Assembly: GCA_963792585.1 (NCBI GenBank)
Contig: CAWBWI010000006.1
Location: 736,001 to 800,000, forward strand
Source of the DNA: Candidatus Eiseniibacteriota bacterium
GTDB lineage: Bacteria > Eisenbacteria > RBG-16-71-46 > CAIMUX01 > VGJL01
Length of the DNA stretch: 64,000 nt
Direction: 5' to 3'
In this document: positions 9,394 through 18,816 of the stretch, one piece after another
Position numbering within the stretch: the stretch's first letter is position 1
Layout: each line of letters starts with the position of its first letter
Notes under the pieces: generated by a model
What the model saw: only the letters and a program-made list of their open reading frames with translations
Told to the model about the DNA's origin: nothing
Database searches by the model: none
Position numbers and translations under genes: made by a program

Positions 9394-11108
9394 CCCGCAT
9401 TTCTCACCAGGTGTAGGAAGAAGCTGATCGAGGGGCGTGCCGGAGGACGATGGATCCTCTCTCGCGCCCCTCGTCGCGCATCCGCCGTTCGATTCCCGAT
9501 CATGAGACCGGAATCTGGCGTCCTGGGAGGTGCGCCAGTCCGCCCGAGGCAGACTCCTCCCTTGTCTCCGTAATCGACGCGGATCTTTGGTGTTCGGGGA
9601 CCTTCGGGGATTAGCCTGGACTCGGATCGTGTCGTAGGTTTTCCATCACTTGGCGGAACAGGTCGGCATGTGGATAGCCGCTGGCCATCCGGAAACGGAT
9701 CCGGCGGACACTCACCGCGATGAGGGCGCCGATCTTCAGGAGTTTCAGACGGATCGTCCCGCACTGAGCTCGCGCCAGTTCCGTTCCCCGCAGTCCGACG
9801 CGCCGCAGGTACTGCAGCAGGACGTAGGCAAAGCTCGAGAAATAGAGTCGCAACTGATTCGACCGCATGCTGGTCGCGCTCGTCCGGTCGGCAAACAGAT
9901 CCAGCTGTTGTTCTTTGATCCGGTTCTCCATCTCGCCGCGGGCGCAGTAGATGGCTTCGTAGAGATCCCGGGCTGGTGCCGATTCAAGAGAGGTCACCAC
10001 GAATCTCGGATTGCTCCCCTTCTCCAGATGCTCCGCTTTCCCTACCACCCGTCGAGATCGACTCCAGCTCTCTCGGGTCCGGTAAAGGAAGTCCCGGAAG
10101 AATCGGGCAGGCTTTCCTGTCCGGCCATAGCGTTTCAGGGCCCGTTTCAACTCCCGGGCAATCTTGCGGATCAACCGAGAGTTCTTCGCCAACCCAAAGA
10201 CGTAGTCGACGCCCTGTTCCTCACACCAAACCATGATCTCTTCCCGTGCAAAGCCTGAATCCGCACGCAAGACGATCTGGGTTCTCGGCCACCGCTGCCA
10301 GATCTGATGAATGATGGGCGCCAACTCCTTGACAGTCCCCGCAGAGGCATCGATGTTCGACGGCCGCAATCGGGCCAGGAGCAGGTGCTCCCCGCAGAAA
10401 GCGTAGAGCGGCAGAAAGCAGTAGTGCCCGTAGTAGCCGTGGAAGAACCGCTCCTCCTGGGATCCGTGCACCGGGTCATCCGTAGCGTCCAGATCCAGAA
10501 TGATCTGTCGAGGGGCGTGATCGTAGGACTCCAGGAACAGATCCACCAGCAATCGGTCGAGCTTTCCAGAGTCGTAGGCGATCCGGTGATAACGATCCCG
10601 CTCGGTGGGAGGAGTGTGCTCCAACCGATTCAGAGTGCTCTTGCCGGCCAGGGCGCAGCCCCGGTCCCGCTCTCGGACCCGATCCTGGCCATCCGGGTCG
10701 GTCTTGCCCACCAGAACGGCAAGCAGGGGATCCCGACGGAGCTGATCGTGGTCGTTGAGGTCCTCGTAGCCGAGGGCCAGGCCATAAATCCTCTGGGCAA
10801 TCAGACCGTCGAGGGAATGCTCAGCCCGGGCAGGATCACGGGCGTCGGTGAAGCAGGAGGCGATCCGCTCCATCATCCGCGTGGTGGAAGCGATCTCTCG
10901 AAGCAGGAGGCCGCCCGCGTCGCTAGTCACATGACCCGCGTCGAAAGCGGCCTCTACGATTCGACGACCAAGGGGTTGGAACGCGAGTTGAGCGGAGTTA
11001 CAGTGTGTCTGCATCGGGCGGACCTCATGATTCGTTGTAGGTGCGTAGACAACACCCTTTTAACGAATCTGTCCGCCCGTTGCTATTCCCCTTGGTGAGA
11101 AATCCGGG
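9394..11108 (-). mobile_element. Complete IS1380-family insertion sequence (1,715 bp) with CTAG target-site duplication
   Basis: Terminal IRs CCCGCATTTCTCACCA (9394-9409) and CCCGGATTTCTCACCA (reverse complement of 11093-11108), 15/16 identical; CTAG at 9390-9393 and 11109-11112. Confidence 0.95.
9611..11014 (-). CDS. IS1380-family DDE transposase
   Basis: TSDAGGLLL, DLDATDDPVHGSQE, RADSGF, RGEMENRIKEQQ, TIRLKLLKIGA motifs; intact 467 aa. Confidence 0.96.
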   Translation of the reverse strand: MQTHCNSAQLAFQPLGRRIVEAAFDAGHVTSDAGGLLLREIASTTRMMERIASCFTDARDPARAEHSLDGLIAQRIYGLALGYEDLNDHDQLRRDPLLAVLVGKTDPDGQDRVRERDRGCALAGKSTLNRLEHTPPTERDRYHRIAYDSGKLDRLLVDLFLESYDHAPRQIILDLDATDDPVHGSQEERFFHGYYGHYCFLPLYAFCGEHLLLARLRPSNIDASAGTVKELAPIIHQIWQRWPRTQIVLRADSGFAREEIMVWCEEQGVDYVFGLAKNSRLIRKIARELKRALKRYGRTGKPARFFRDFLYRTRESWSRSRRVVGKAEHLEKGSNPRFVVTSLESAPARDLYEAIYCARGEMENRIKEQQLDLFADRTSATSMRSNQLRLYFSSFAYVLLQYLRRVGLRGTELARAQCGTIRLKLLKIGALIAVSVRRIRFRMASGYPHADLFRQVMENLRHDPSPG

Positions 11109-11682
11109 CTAGAACGTCCCGCCTCCATGATTCGCCCCATACGTCCGTAACCTGTCGCACCCCGTTCCGGGATCGACACGTTGTGTGCGTGACCTCCCTC
11201 CCCGCGCCGAGAGCATCGAGTTTCGGCGGGAGCATGACGACCCGGCGGCCCAGAGCGGAGTCCTTCCCCAACGGCTCACTCTCGCTGACAGCGACGCCGC
11301 CGCAAGAACCTTCGGAGCCGGGCGATCCTCCTCCCACACGACGAGGAACCGCCCAGCTCCTTGGGTGACGCAGGAGGGAGCCCGCGTCGGCACCGTTGAA
11401 CGCCATCTCGTATCCGCGTTCCCCCATTTCGCAAGCGGCTGGGCTAGACTGGGGATCCATCGGGGCGGCTCCGGTGAATAGTCGATTCGATGGCTCGTTC
11501 TGATACGCCCTTCCGACGCGCGGATCCGGGTCTCAATCGCGCCCGTCACCGGAGGCCGAAGCCTCGCAACCGCGCGTTAGGCTTATGCTTGGCCTACGGC
11601 TGGCCAAGAGAGACCCCATTGTTGGACCCGGCCCGGGACAGGGCCGGGACGCGGCCGGGACCTCAAAGCAGGATCGAGGCAG

Positions 11683-11988
11683 ATGGTCAAGCACATCGTC
11701 TTCTGGACTCTGAAGGACTCGGCGCTGGGGCGCCCCAAGGCCGAGAACGCCCGCCTGATGAAAGAGAAGCTGGAGGGGCTCGAGGGGCTCGTCCCGGGTC
11801 TCCTCCACGCCGAGGTTGGCATCGATTTCGGCGGGGGCGATCAGTCGTACGATATCGCCCTTTATGCGGAGTTCGACTCGCGGGAGAGTCTGCGCGGGTA
11901 TCATGACCATCCCGCCCACCTCGCGGCGGTTTCGTTTATCCGCGAGGTGCGTGAGCGGCGTTGCGTCGTCGACTATGAGCTGGAATAG
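11683..11988 (+). CDS. Dabb family (stress-responsive A/B barrel) protein
   Basis: MVKHIVFW...Y.DHPAH...VVDYE signature. Confidence 0.9.
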   Translation: MVKHIVFWTLKDSALGRPKAENARLMKEKLEGLEGLVPGLLHAEVGIDFGGGDQSYDIALYAEFDSRESLRGYHDHPAHLAAVSFIREVRERRCVVDYELE

Positions 11989-12001
11989 AAGGAGGCCATC
12001 G

Positions 12002-12364
12002 GTGCCTACATTGATACCGGCCCCCACGGTCATCCAGGCTGCGGGGAACAAGCCGAAGCGGATCGAGGAGTTCGTCGGTCAAGTGAACACGGCGCAGGCG
12101 CACGTGAGCGTCGCGCGCATGGTTTCGCCGGAGGGATGGCAGGAGCCCGGGCAGCGGCCCGAGTTCGAGGAGATCACCATCGTCCTTCGCGGGACGCTGC
12201 GCGTCGAGCACGAGGGTGGATCCTTCGACGTGTGCGCGGGACAGGCGGTGTGGGCCGCCCCCTACGAGTGGGTTCGCTACAGCACGCCGGAGGCAGGCGG
12301 CGCCGAGTATGTGGCGGTCTGCCTGCCGGCCTTCACACCCGAGACGGTGCACCGGGATGCCTAG
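12002..12364 (+). CDS. Cupin-domain protein
   Basis: GTG after AAGGAGG; PKRIEEFVG, WQEPGQRPEFEE, EWVRYSTP, PAFTPETVHRD. Confidence 0.88.
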   Translation: MPTLIPAPTVIQAAGNKPKRIEEFVGQVNTAQAHVSVARMVSPEGWQEPGQRPEFEEITIVLRGTLRVEHEGGSFDVCAGQAVWAAPYEWVRYSTPEAGGAEYVAVCLPAFTPETVHRDA

Positions 12365-13223
12365 GACTCCACCGGAAGGGGCGCCCGGCGGCCCCCCCGC
12401 GCGGGGCGCTCCCGCCACGATCCAGTCGGTCGCGCCGACCGTCTGCGCGTTAATGGGGATCGCGCCACCGGCGATCTGCTCGGCCCCCCCGCTCGATGCG
12501 GTCCTCGGCGCCGCACGTTCGGCCGTCGGAGATGCGGCAATCACGCGCTGCCTGATCTACGCGCCGGATGCGATGGGAGAACATCTCCTACGGGTCGACC
12601 CGTCCTTCTTCGAGGCGGCCCTGCGCGTCGCGCCGATCCGCGCGCGCCTCCGGTCGGTCACTCCCCCGAAGACCCCGGTCTGCTTCGCATCGATGTTCAC
12701 GGGGGCCGAACCCGCCGCCCACGGCATCCGTCGCTATGAAAGGCCGGTGCTGCGCGCCGACACGCTCTTCGATGCGCTGATCCGTGCGGGCAAGAAGGTC
12801 GCCATCGTCGCGGTCACTGACTGCAGCGTCGACATTATCTTCCGCGAACGGGCAATCGACTACTTCACCGAGCCGTACGACGGTGAGGTGACCGCTCGTG
12901 CGTGTGAACTCATCGAGGCGGACCGGCATGACCTCGTCCTCGCCTATCACCAGGAGTACGACGACCGGCTCCACGAGACGGAGCCATTCGCGCCGAGGGC
13001 CTTCCTGGCGGCGCGCACGCACATCGATTCCTTTGTGAAACTCTCCGCAGCCATCGACGAGCACTGGTCGTCGCACGTCCGGGCGATCCTGTTCACACCG
13101 GATCACGGCGCTCATTGCGATCCGACGACCGGCAGGGGCGCTCACGGAGAAGACTCCGCCGAGGACATGGAAGTCGGCCACTTTTACGGGATCCGCCCGG
13201 GAAGGACCCCGGACCACGCCTGA
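12357..13223 (+). CDS. Alkaline-phosphatase-superfamily (nucleotide pyrophosphatase/phosphodiesterase-like) protein
   Basis: PDAMG, PPKTPVCFASMFTG (Thr nucleophile region), DDRLH, TPDHGAH, GAHG. Confidence 0.8.
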   Translation: MPRTPPEGAPGGPPARGAPATIQSVAPTVCALMGIAPPAICSAPPLDAVLGAARSAVGDAAITRCLIYAPDAMGEHLLRVDPSFFEAALRVAPIRARLRSVTPPKTPVCFASMFTGAEPAAHGIRRYERPVLRADTLFDALIRAGKKVAIVAVTDCSVDIIFRERAIDYFTEPYDGEVTARACELIEADRHDLVLAYHQEYDDRLHETEPFAPRAFLAARTHIDSFVKLSAAIDEHWSSHVRAILFTPDHGAHCDPTTGRGAHGEDSAEDMEVGHFYGIRPGRTPDHA

Positions 13224-13310
13224 GCGCTGATGCGTCTTTCTCGCCGGATGCTATGATAAAGGCGGGGTCGGTGACGTATTACACGCCGTGGGCCTGCGGG
13301 AGGAATCGCC

Positions 13311-13793
13311 TTGGTGGAGATCCGCGAGTATCGCGAAGCCGACTGGGATGGGCTCTGCAGGGTCCACGATCTCGCCCGACCGATGGAGCTGGTCGGCTCG
13401 TGCGATCCCCGTGGCTTCATCCCGCTCGCCGAGGACCCCGAGGCTGCGGACCTCAAGCGCTGCCGCCTTCTCGTCGCCTGCGATGGGGGGACGGTCGTCG
13501 GGTTCGTGGGAACCAATGACGACTACCTCGCGTGGCTCTATGTCGACCCGGCCTACCACGGTCGCGGCATCGGACGCGCGCTCCTGCGCCGCGCGCTCGC
13601 CGGCATGGGCCCGACGGCATGGACGATCTCGCTCGAGGGCAATACCCGCGCGCTCCGCCTCTACCAGAGCGAGGGCTTCGAGATCGTCCGCACCTTTCAG
13701 GGCGACAATGCGGGATACCCTTGCACCTGCCACCGACTCGAGAGGAGCATCGTGGGGTCACCGCCGGACAACAAGGGCAGAGGGGAGGTCTGA
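13311..13793 (+). CDS. GNAT acetyltransferase
   Basis: LYVDPAYHGRGIGRALL; NTRALRLYQSEGF. Confidence 0.92.
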   Translation: MVEIREYREADWDGLCRVHDLARPMELVGSCDPRGFIPLAEDPEAADLKRCRLLVACDGGTVVGFVGTNDDYLAWLYVDPAYHGRGIGRALLRRALAGMGPTAWTISLEGNTRALRLYQSEGFEIVRTFQGDNAGYPCTCHRLERSIVGSPPDNKGRGEV

Positions 13794-13794
13794 C

Positions 13795-14145
13795 GTGCGG
13801 ATCATCGACTTCTCGGCCGAGCGAGCGCGCGCGATCACCGGATTCTCGAGCAACGGCGCGACCAGCGTCCATTGCGGGGACGGCGAGGGCCACGCCCACA
13901 TCTATTACCTGCGCTTCGAGCCCGGCGGGATGATCGGCCCGCACCCTGCCGGCTACGACCAGTTGCTCCTCGTCGTGACCGGCTCCGGTTGGGCCGCCGG
14001 GAAAGATGGAACGCGCAGCGCTCTCACGGAAGGACAGGCTGCGTACTTCAAGTGCGGCGAGATCCACTCCAAGGGAAGCGATTCCGGAATGACGGCGATC
14101 ATGGTGCAGGCAAGCGAGTTGCTGCCGGTGATTCCGGCTTCCTGA
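13795..14145 (+). CDS. Cupin-domain protein
   Basis: GTG after GGGGAGG; FEPGGMIGPHPAGYDQLLLVVTGSG...GEIHSKGS. Confidence 0.85.
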   Translation: MRIIDFSAERARAITGFSSNGATSVHCGDGEGHAHIYYLRFEPGGMIGPHPAGYDQLLLVVTGSGWAAGKDGTRSALTEGQAAYFKCGEIHSKGSDSGMTAIMVQASELLPVIPAS

Positions 14146-14209
14146 GTCACCATGGGCATGGGTGCGACCGGCGAGCCGCCCTCGCATCCGTCCACGAAGG
14201 AGAATGGCC

Positions 14210-14698
14210 ATGAACGTCCCTGCCGATCCGAAACGGGAGCTGCTGCGCCACCTCGTCGCGACGATCAGCTATCGCGGCGGCAAGGCCTTCCGCGACCCAC
14301 CGCCGGGTTTCGCGTCGTTCGGAGTCGGAGGTGGAACACGCGATGCCATCGGGATCCTCGCCCACATCGACGATCTACTGGAGTGGAGCCTGCGGCTCGC
14401 GAACGGCGAGCGCGCGTGGCGCCCGCAGCCGGAGGTCGCCTGGGATGCGGGCGTGGCGCGCTTCTACGCGGCCCTCGCGGCGCTCGACGCCCACCTCGCA
14501 TCCCCCGGGCCGCTGCAGTTCGGAATCGAGGAGATGATCCAGGGACCGATCGCCGACGTCTTCACGCATATCGGCCAGATCTCCCTTCTGCGGCGATGCG
14601 CAGGGTCCGCGGTTCGCGCCGAGGTGATGATCCTATCGAAGATCCAGGCGGGCCGCGTCGGTCCCGACCAGGAGCCTCCGGTGCGCGAGTTCGATTGA
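14210..14698 (+). CDS. DinB/YfiT-like four-helix-bundle protein
   Basis: RBS AAGGAG; LLRHLVATISYR, ILAHI.D, QGPIADVFTHIGQISLLRR. Confidence 0.7.
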   Translation: MNVPADPKRELLRHLVATISYRGGKAFRDPPPGFASFGVGGGTRDAIGILAHIDDLLEWSLRLANGERAWRPQPEVAWDAGVARFYAALAALDAHLASPGPLQFGIEEMIQGPIADVFTHIGQISLLRRCAGSAVRAEVMILSKIQAGRVGPDQEPPVREFD

Positions 14699-14738
14699 GG
14701 CCCGGTGGCGTGTGCAGAAGGCGGGAGATCGCGAGTCG

Positions 14739-15365
14739 ATGAACGGCAAGCTCTGTCCGAAGATCATCCTCGAGGGGACCCGCTTGACCCTGAAGACCGA
14801 GATCGCCTTCGCCCTCAACGAGCACCCGCGGATTGTCGGACCGCGCAAGTATCGTTACCACTCCCCCTTGATCTCCGCCGAGTGGTGCGCGTTCACGAAC
14901 TTCCCGTGGGGTCGGGGCCCCATCAATTACGAGCATGCCGAGGAAGCGATGGCGATGGAGACATACGCCACCTGGGTGCGACTATTCGAGCTGCAGCGGT
15001 ATTACTCATGGATCATCGATCGCTTTCACGTTTCCACCCAGGCATACCAGCTGCGCAATCGCGCGAATCGGGTCGATTTCGCATGGCTCGAGGAGCGACT
15101 CCTGCCTCTCGGCTTCCGTCACGTCCTCTGCGTGCGAAGCACGGAGTCATTCGCGGCGGCCCGCGCAGCGCGCCTCCGGGTTTCGGGGAATCCATCGCAA
15201 TACGATGACCTGCAAGCGATCGTCGACGAGCAGGAGACCTTCCGGAGTCTGATCGATGCTTCCGCGTTGCCCAGTGTGACGATCGATGTGTCGGATGATG
15301 ATGTCGGGGGCGCCGCCGATCGGATCGCCGATTGGCTCGAGCGGACCGGCGGGCTCTACGCCTGA
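14739..15365 (+). CDS. P-loop NMP-kinase-like protein with atypical Walker A
   Basis: IILEGTRLTLKTEIA and IIDRFHVS resemble thymidylate-kinase-fold motifs. Confidence 0.6.
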   Translation: MNGKLCPKIILEGTRLTLKTEIAFALNEHPRIVGPRKYRYHSPLISAEWCAFTNFPWGRGPINYEHAEEAMAMETYATWVRLFELQRYYSWIIDRFHVSTQAYQLRNRANRVDFAWLEERLLPLGFRHVLCVRSTESFAAARAARLRVSGNPSQYDDLQAIVDEQETFRSLIDASALPSVTIDVSDDDVGGAADRIADWLERTGGLYA

Positions 15366-15422
15366 AGCGCAAGGGTGCTATAGTTCTGACCATTCACGGC
15401 CCTTGTCGGAAAGGAGACGAAG

Positions 15423-15803
15423 ATGAGTACGCCGCAAGCTCCCCCGATCGGCGCGATCGCCTGGCGGGATCTGACCGTGACAAATGCGGAGGGCATCCGA
15501 GACTTCTATTGCCAGGTCGTCGGCTGGACGGCGACGGCCCACCCCATGGGCGAGTACGAGGATTACGTGATCCATTCCGCCGACAACGCGACGCCCGTCG
15601 CCGGGATCTGTCATGCGCGCGGAGTGAACACGAAGATTCCTCCGCAATGGCTCATGTACGTCCACGTCGCCAATGTCGATGAGAGCGCGCACAAGTGCGT
15701 CGAGCTGGGCGGTCGCGTGATCGACGGACCCCGTGAGATGGGGAGCCTGCGCTTTTGCGTGATCCAGGACCCCGCCGGGGCGATCATGGCGATCATCGCC
15801 TGA
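15423..15803 (+). CDS. VOC/glyoxalase-family protein
   Basis: IAWRDL, FYCQVVGW, PPQWLMYVHV, IQDPAGA. Confidence 0.92.
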   Translation: MSTPQAPPIGAIAWRDLTVTNAEGIRDFYCQVVGWTATAHPMGEYEDYVIHSADNATPVAGICHARGVNTKIPPQWLMYVHVANVDESAHKCVELGGRVIDGPREMGSLRFCVIQDPAGAIMAIIA

Positions 15804-15819
15804 TTGCCGGGAGACGATC

Positions 15820-16614
15820 ATGGGTATTCCGATCTACCAGGTAGATTCGTTCACGGAGACTCCGTTCCGGGGGAATCCCGCCGGTGTCTGCATCCTCTCC
15901 GTCCCGCGGGACGTGACGTGGATGCAGTCGGTCGCGCTCGAGATGAATCTCTCCGAGACGGCGTTCCTCGAGCGGCGTGACGACGCATTCGGCTTGCGGT
16001 GGTTCACCCCTGCGGTCGAAGTGGATCTCTGCGGTCACGCGACCCTCGCGAGCGCGCACATCCTCTGGGAGATCGGCATGCTCGAACACGGCGCTGAGGC
16101 GCGTTTCCACACCCGCAGCGGGCTCTTGACCGCGCAAGGACGCGCCGGGGAGATCGAGCTGGACTTCCCAGCGACGCCCAGCGAGCGCGTGACGCCGCCG
16201 CCCGGATTGTGCGAGGCGCTCGGCGTGACCCCCCGATACGTCGGGCAGAGCCGGTTCGATTACCTCGTCGAGGTCGGCACCGAGGAGGAGGTCCGCGCGG
16301 TGGCGCCGGACTTCGCTGAGTTGCGCACGCTCGGCGTGCGGGGCGTGATCGTCACGGCTCTCTCCTCGACGCCCGGGATCGACTTCGTCTCCCGTTTCTT
16401 CGCGCCGGGCGCCGGGATCGACGAGGATCCCGTTACGGGCTCCGCCCACTGCTGCCTCGCCCCCTACTGGGGTGAGCGCCTCGAGAAGCGGGAGATGCAC
16501 GCGTACCAAGCTTCTGCGCGCGGCGGCCGACTGCGCGTCCGCCTTCAGGGATCGCGCGTGCTGCTGGCCGGTCACGCGGTCACCGTCCTTCGCGGCGAGC
16601 TGGTCGACCACTGA
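15820..16614 (+). CDS. PhzF-family isomerase
   Basis: FRGNPAGV, EMNLSETAF, EVDLCGHATL, EDPVTGSAH. Confidence 0.95.
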   Translation: MGIPIYQVDSFTETPFRGNPAGVCILSVPRDVTWMQSVALEMNLSETAFLERRDDAFGLRWFTPAVEVDLCGHATLASAHILWEIGMLEHGAEARFHTRSGLLTAQGRAGEIELDFPATPSERVTPPPGLCEALGVTPRYVGQSRFDYLVEVGTEEEVRAVAPDFAELRTLGVRGVIVTALSSTPGIDFVSRFFAPGAGIDEDPVTGSAHCCLAPYWGERLEKREMHAYQASARGGRLRVRLQGSRVLLAGHAVTVLRGELVDH

Positions 16615-16629
16615 GAGGATCGCCGAGCC

Positions 16630-16992
16630 ATGCCCATCCTCGAGATCGAGATGATCGGAATTCCCGCCGAGGACATCTGTCATAGGCTGGCCCGGACGAT
16701 CGCCGACGCCGCTGGACGCGTCCTCCGTTCGGATCCTCAGGAGACGTGGGTCCGTCTGCGGATCCTTCCGGCCGATCAATATGCCGAGAACGGCGGCGCC
16801 CCCGAGGGACTCGCGCCCGTCTTCGTGAGCGTCCTGCGGCGGCGTAACCCCGAAGGAGATGATCTGAGCCGAGAGGTCGCGGAGTTGACCTCTGCGATCG
16901 CGACCGCGTGCGGTCGTCCGAAGGAGAATGTGCACGTCCGTTACGAGCCCCCGGGCGCGGACAGGCAGGCCTTCGGCGGCCGGTTGATCTAG
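16630..16992 (+). CDS. Tautomerase-superfamily protein (two beta-alpha-beta units, N-terminal Pro)
   Basis: Starts MPILEI; ends GRPKENVHVRYE...AFGG. Confidence 0.75.
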   Translation: MPILEIEMIGIPAEDICHRLARTIADAAGRVLRSDPQETWVRLRILPADQYAENGGAPEGLAPVFVSVLRRRNPEGDDLSREVAELTSAIATACGRPKENVHVRYEPPGADRQAFGGRLI

Positions 16993-17013
16993 CCGCAGAG
17001 AGCCGAGGCTGCG

Positions 17014-18804
17014 TTGGATGCCCTCTCGCAGAACGTCGTCATCCTTCGGGACGACCTGCGCGATCGCTGGATCCGCTTCACGAACCCGCGGGAGATCGTG
17101 CAGGCTGACGATCTCGACGCGGTTCTCCCCGCGATCGAGAGGATCGAGCGGCTCGTCGATACGGACGGGCTCCACGCCGCTGGATTCTTATCCTACGAGG
17201 CCTCGCGGGCCTTCGACATAGCCCTCACGGTCAAGGAATCGCGCGGCGTCCCTCTACTGTGGTTCGCCATCTACGAAGGCTCCGAAGTCATCGATCTGCC
17301 GCCCGGGGACGGCGCGCCGATTCTTCCCGCGCAGGCGTGGACACCCTCGGTCTCTCCCGATCGGTACCGGGAAGCAGTGGAACGCGTGCGCGCATACATT
17401 CGCGATGGCGACACCTACCAGGTGAACTACACCTATCGATTGAGCGCGCCGTGCGAGGTGGAGCCGTGGACGTTCTTCCTGCGTCTGCTCGGGCCGGAGC
17501 CGCCGCCGTTCGCTGCGTTCATCCAGACGCGGGACTGGGCGATTGCGAGCGCTTCCCCCGAGCTGTTCTTCGATGTCGCCGGGGGGCGCATCCGTTCCCG
17601 GCCGATGAAGGGGACCGCATCGCGGGGCCGCACCCTCGCGGAGGACCGGGAGCGCGCCGCCTTCCTCGCCTCCTCCGAGAAGGATCGGGCGGAGAACCTG
17701 ATGATCGTCGACATGGTCCGTAACGACCTCGGCCGGGCCGCGGTCACGGGCACGGTCGTCGTGGACGAACTCTTCGGCATCGAGAAGTACCCGACCGTCT
17801 GGCAGATGACATCGACCGTGAGCGCGCGAACCGACGCCGGCTTTACGGAGATCCTCAAAGCCGCATTCCCGCCCGCCTCGATCACGGGCGCGCCGAAGGC
17901 CCGTACGATGGAGATCATCGCGGAGCTAGAGACGACCCCGCGCGGCGTCTACACCGGCGCGATCGGGTTCGTGTCGCCGGGACGGCGGATGCAATTCAAT
18001 GTGGCGATCCGCACCGCGAGGATCGATCGGCGCAACCGCACCGCCGAGTACGGCGTCGGCGGCGGAATCATCTGGGACTCGCGCCCCGAGTCGGAACTCG
18101 AGGAAAGCAGGATGAAGTCGCGGATCCTGGGCCACGCGCCCGCCGCATTCTCGCTTCTGGAGACGATCCTCTGGACTCCGGAGGAGGGATACGCGCTCCT
18201 CAATCGACACCGGCGACGGCTCGCGGAGTCGTGCGAGTACTTCGCGTTTTCGCTCGACCTGGAGGCGATCGATTCTGAGCTGAATCGGATCGCCGGCTCG
18301 CTTCCCGCGCGGGCGCATCGCGTGCGTCTGCTCGTCGCGCGGGATGGTCTCGTACGCGCGGAGGCGACGCCTCTCGGGCCGGTATGCGCATCGGGGCCCT
18401 GGCGCGTTTGCCTCGCTCCTTCGCCGGTGGACGTATCCGATCCCTTCCTCTATCACAAGACCACGAATCGTCGCGTCTACGACGCTGCTCGCGCCGCCTG
18501 TCCAGGTTTCGACGATGTGATCCTCTGGAATGCGAAGGGCGAGATCACGGAATCGTGCATCGCGAATGTCGTGGTCGAGATCGGCGGAAACCTCTTCACC
18601 CCGCCGGTCGCGTGCGGCCTGCTCGCGGGGACCTACAGAGCCCGGATGCTCGAAGAGCGCCGGGTCGCGGAGCGGGTCGTCTCGATCGAGGAGTTGCTGG
18701 CGAGCCCTCGCCTCCTGCTCGTGAACTCGGTGCGAGGGGTGGTGGAGGTCCGGTTTGCGCCGATTCCGACGGCCGCGCCGACGCGGCCGGCGATAGGACG
18801 CTGA
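17014..18804 (+). CDS. pabB: Aminodeoxychorismate synthase component I fused to class IV aminotransferase/ADC lyase domain
   Basis: GDTYQVN, SPELFF, PMKGT, KDRAENLMIVDMVRNDL, SITGAPK; C-terminal HKTTNR, GEITESCIAN, GLLAGTYR. Confidence 0.92.
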   Translation: MDALSQNVVILRDDLRDRWIRFTNPREIVQADDLDAVLPAIERIERLVDTDGLHAAGFLSYEASRAFDIALTVKESRGVPLLWFAIYEGSEVIDLPPGDGAPILPAQAWTPSVSPDRYREAVERVRAYIRDGDTYQVNYTYRLSAPCEVEPWTFFLRLLGPEPPPFAAFIQTRDWAIASASPELFFDVAGGRIRSRPMKGTASRGRTLAEDRERAAFLASSEKDRAENLMIVDMVRNDLGRAAVTGTVVVDELFGIEKYPTVWQMTSTVSARTDAGFTEILKAAFPPASITGAPKARTMEIIAELETTPRGVYTGAIGFVSPGRRMQFNVAIRTARIDRRNRTAEYGVGGGIIWDSRPESELEESRMKSRILGHAPAAFSLLETILWTPEEGYALLNRHRRRLAESCEYFAFSLDLEAIDSELNRIAGSLPARAHRVRLLVARDGLVRAEATPLGPVCASGPWRVCLAPSPVDVSDPFLYHKTTNRRVYDAARAACPGFDDVILWNAKGEITESCIANVVVEIGGNLFTPPVACGLLAGTYRARMLEERRVAERVVSIEELLASPRLLLVNSVRGVVEVRFAPIPTAAPTRPAIGR

Positions 18805-18816
18805 AGGAGGCACAGG

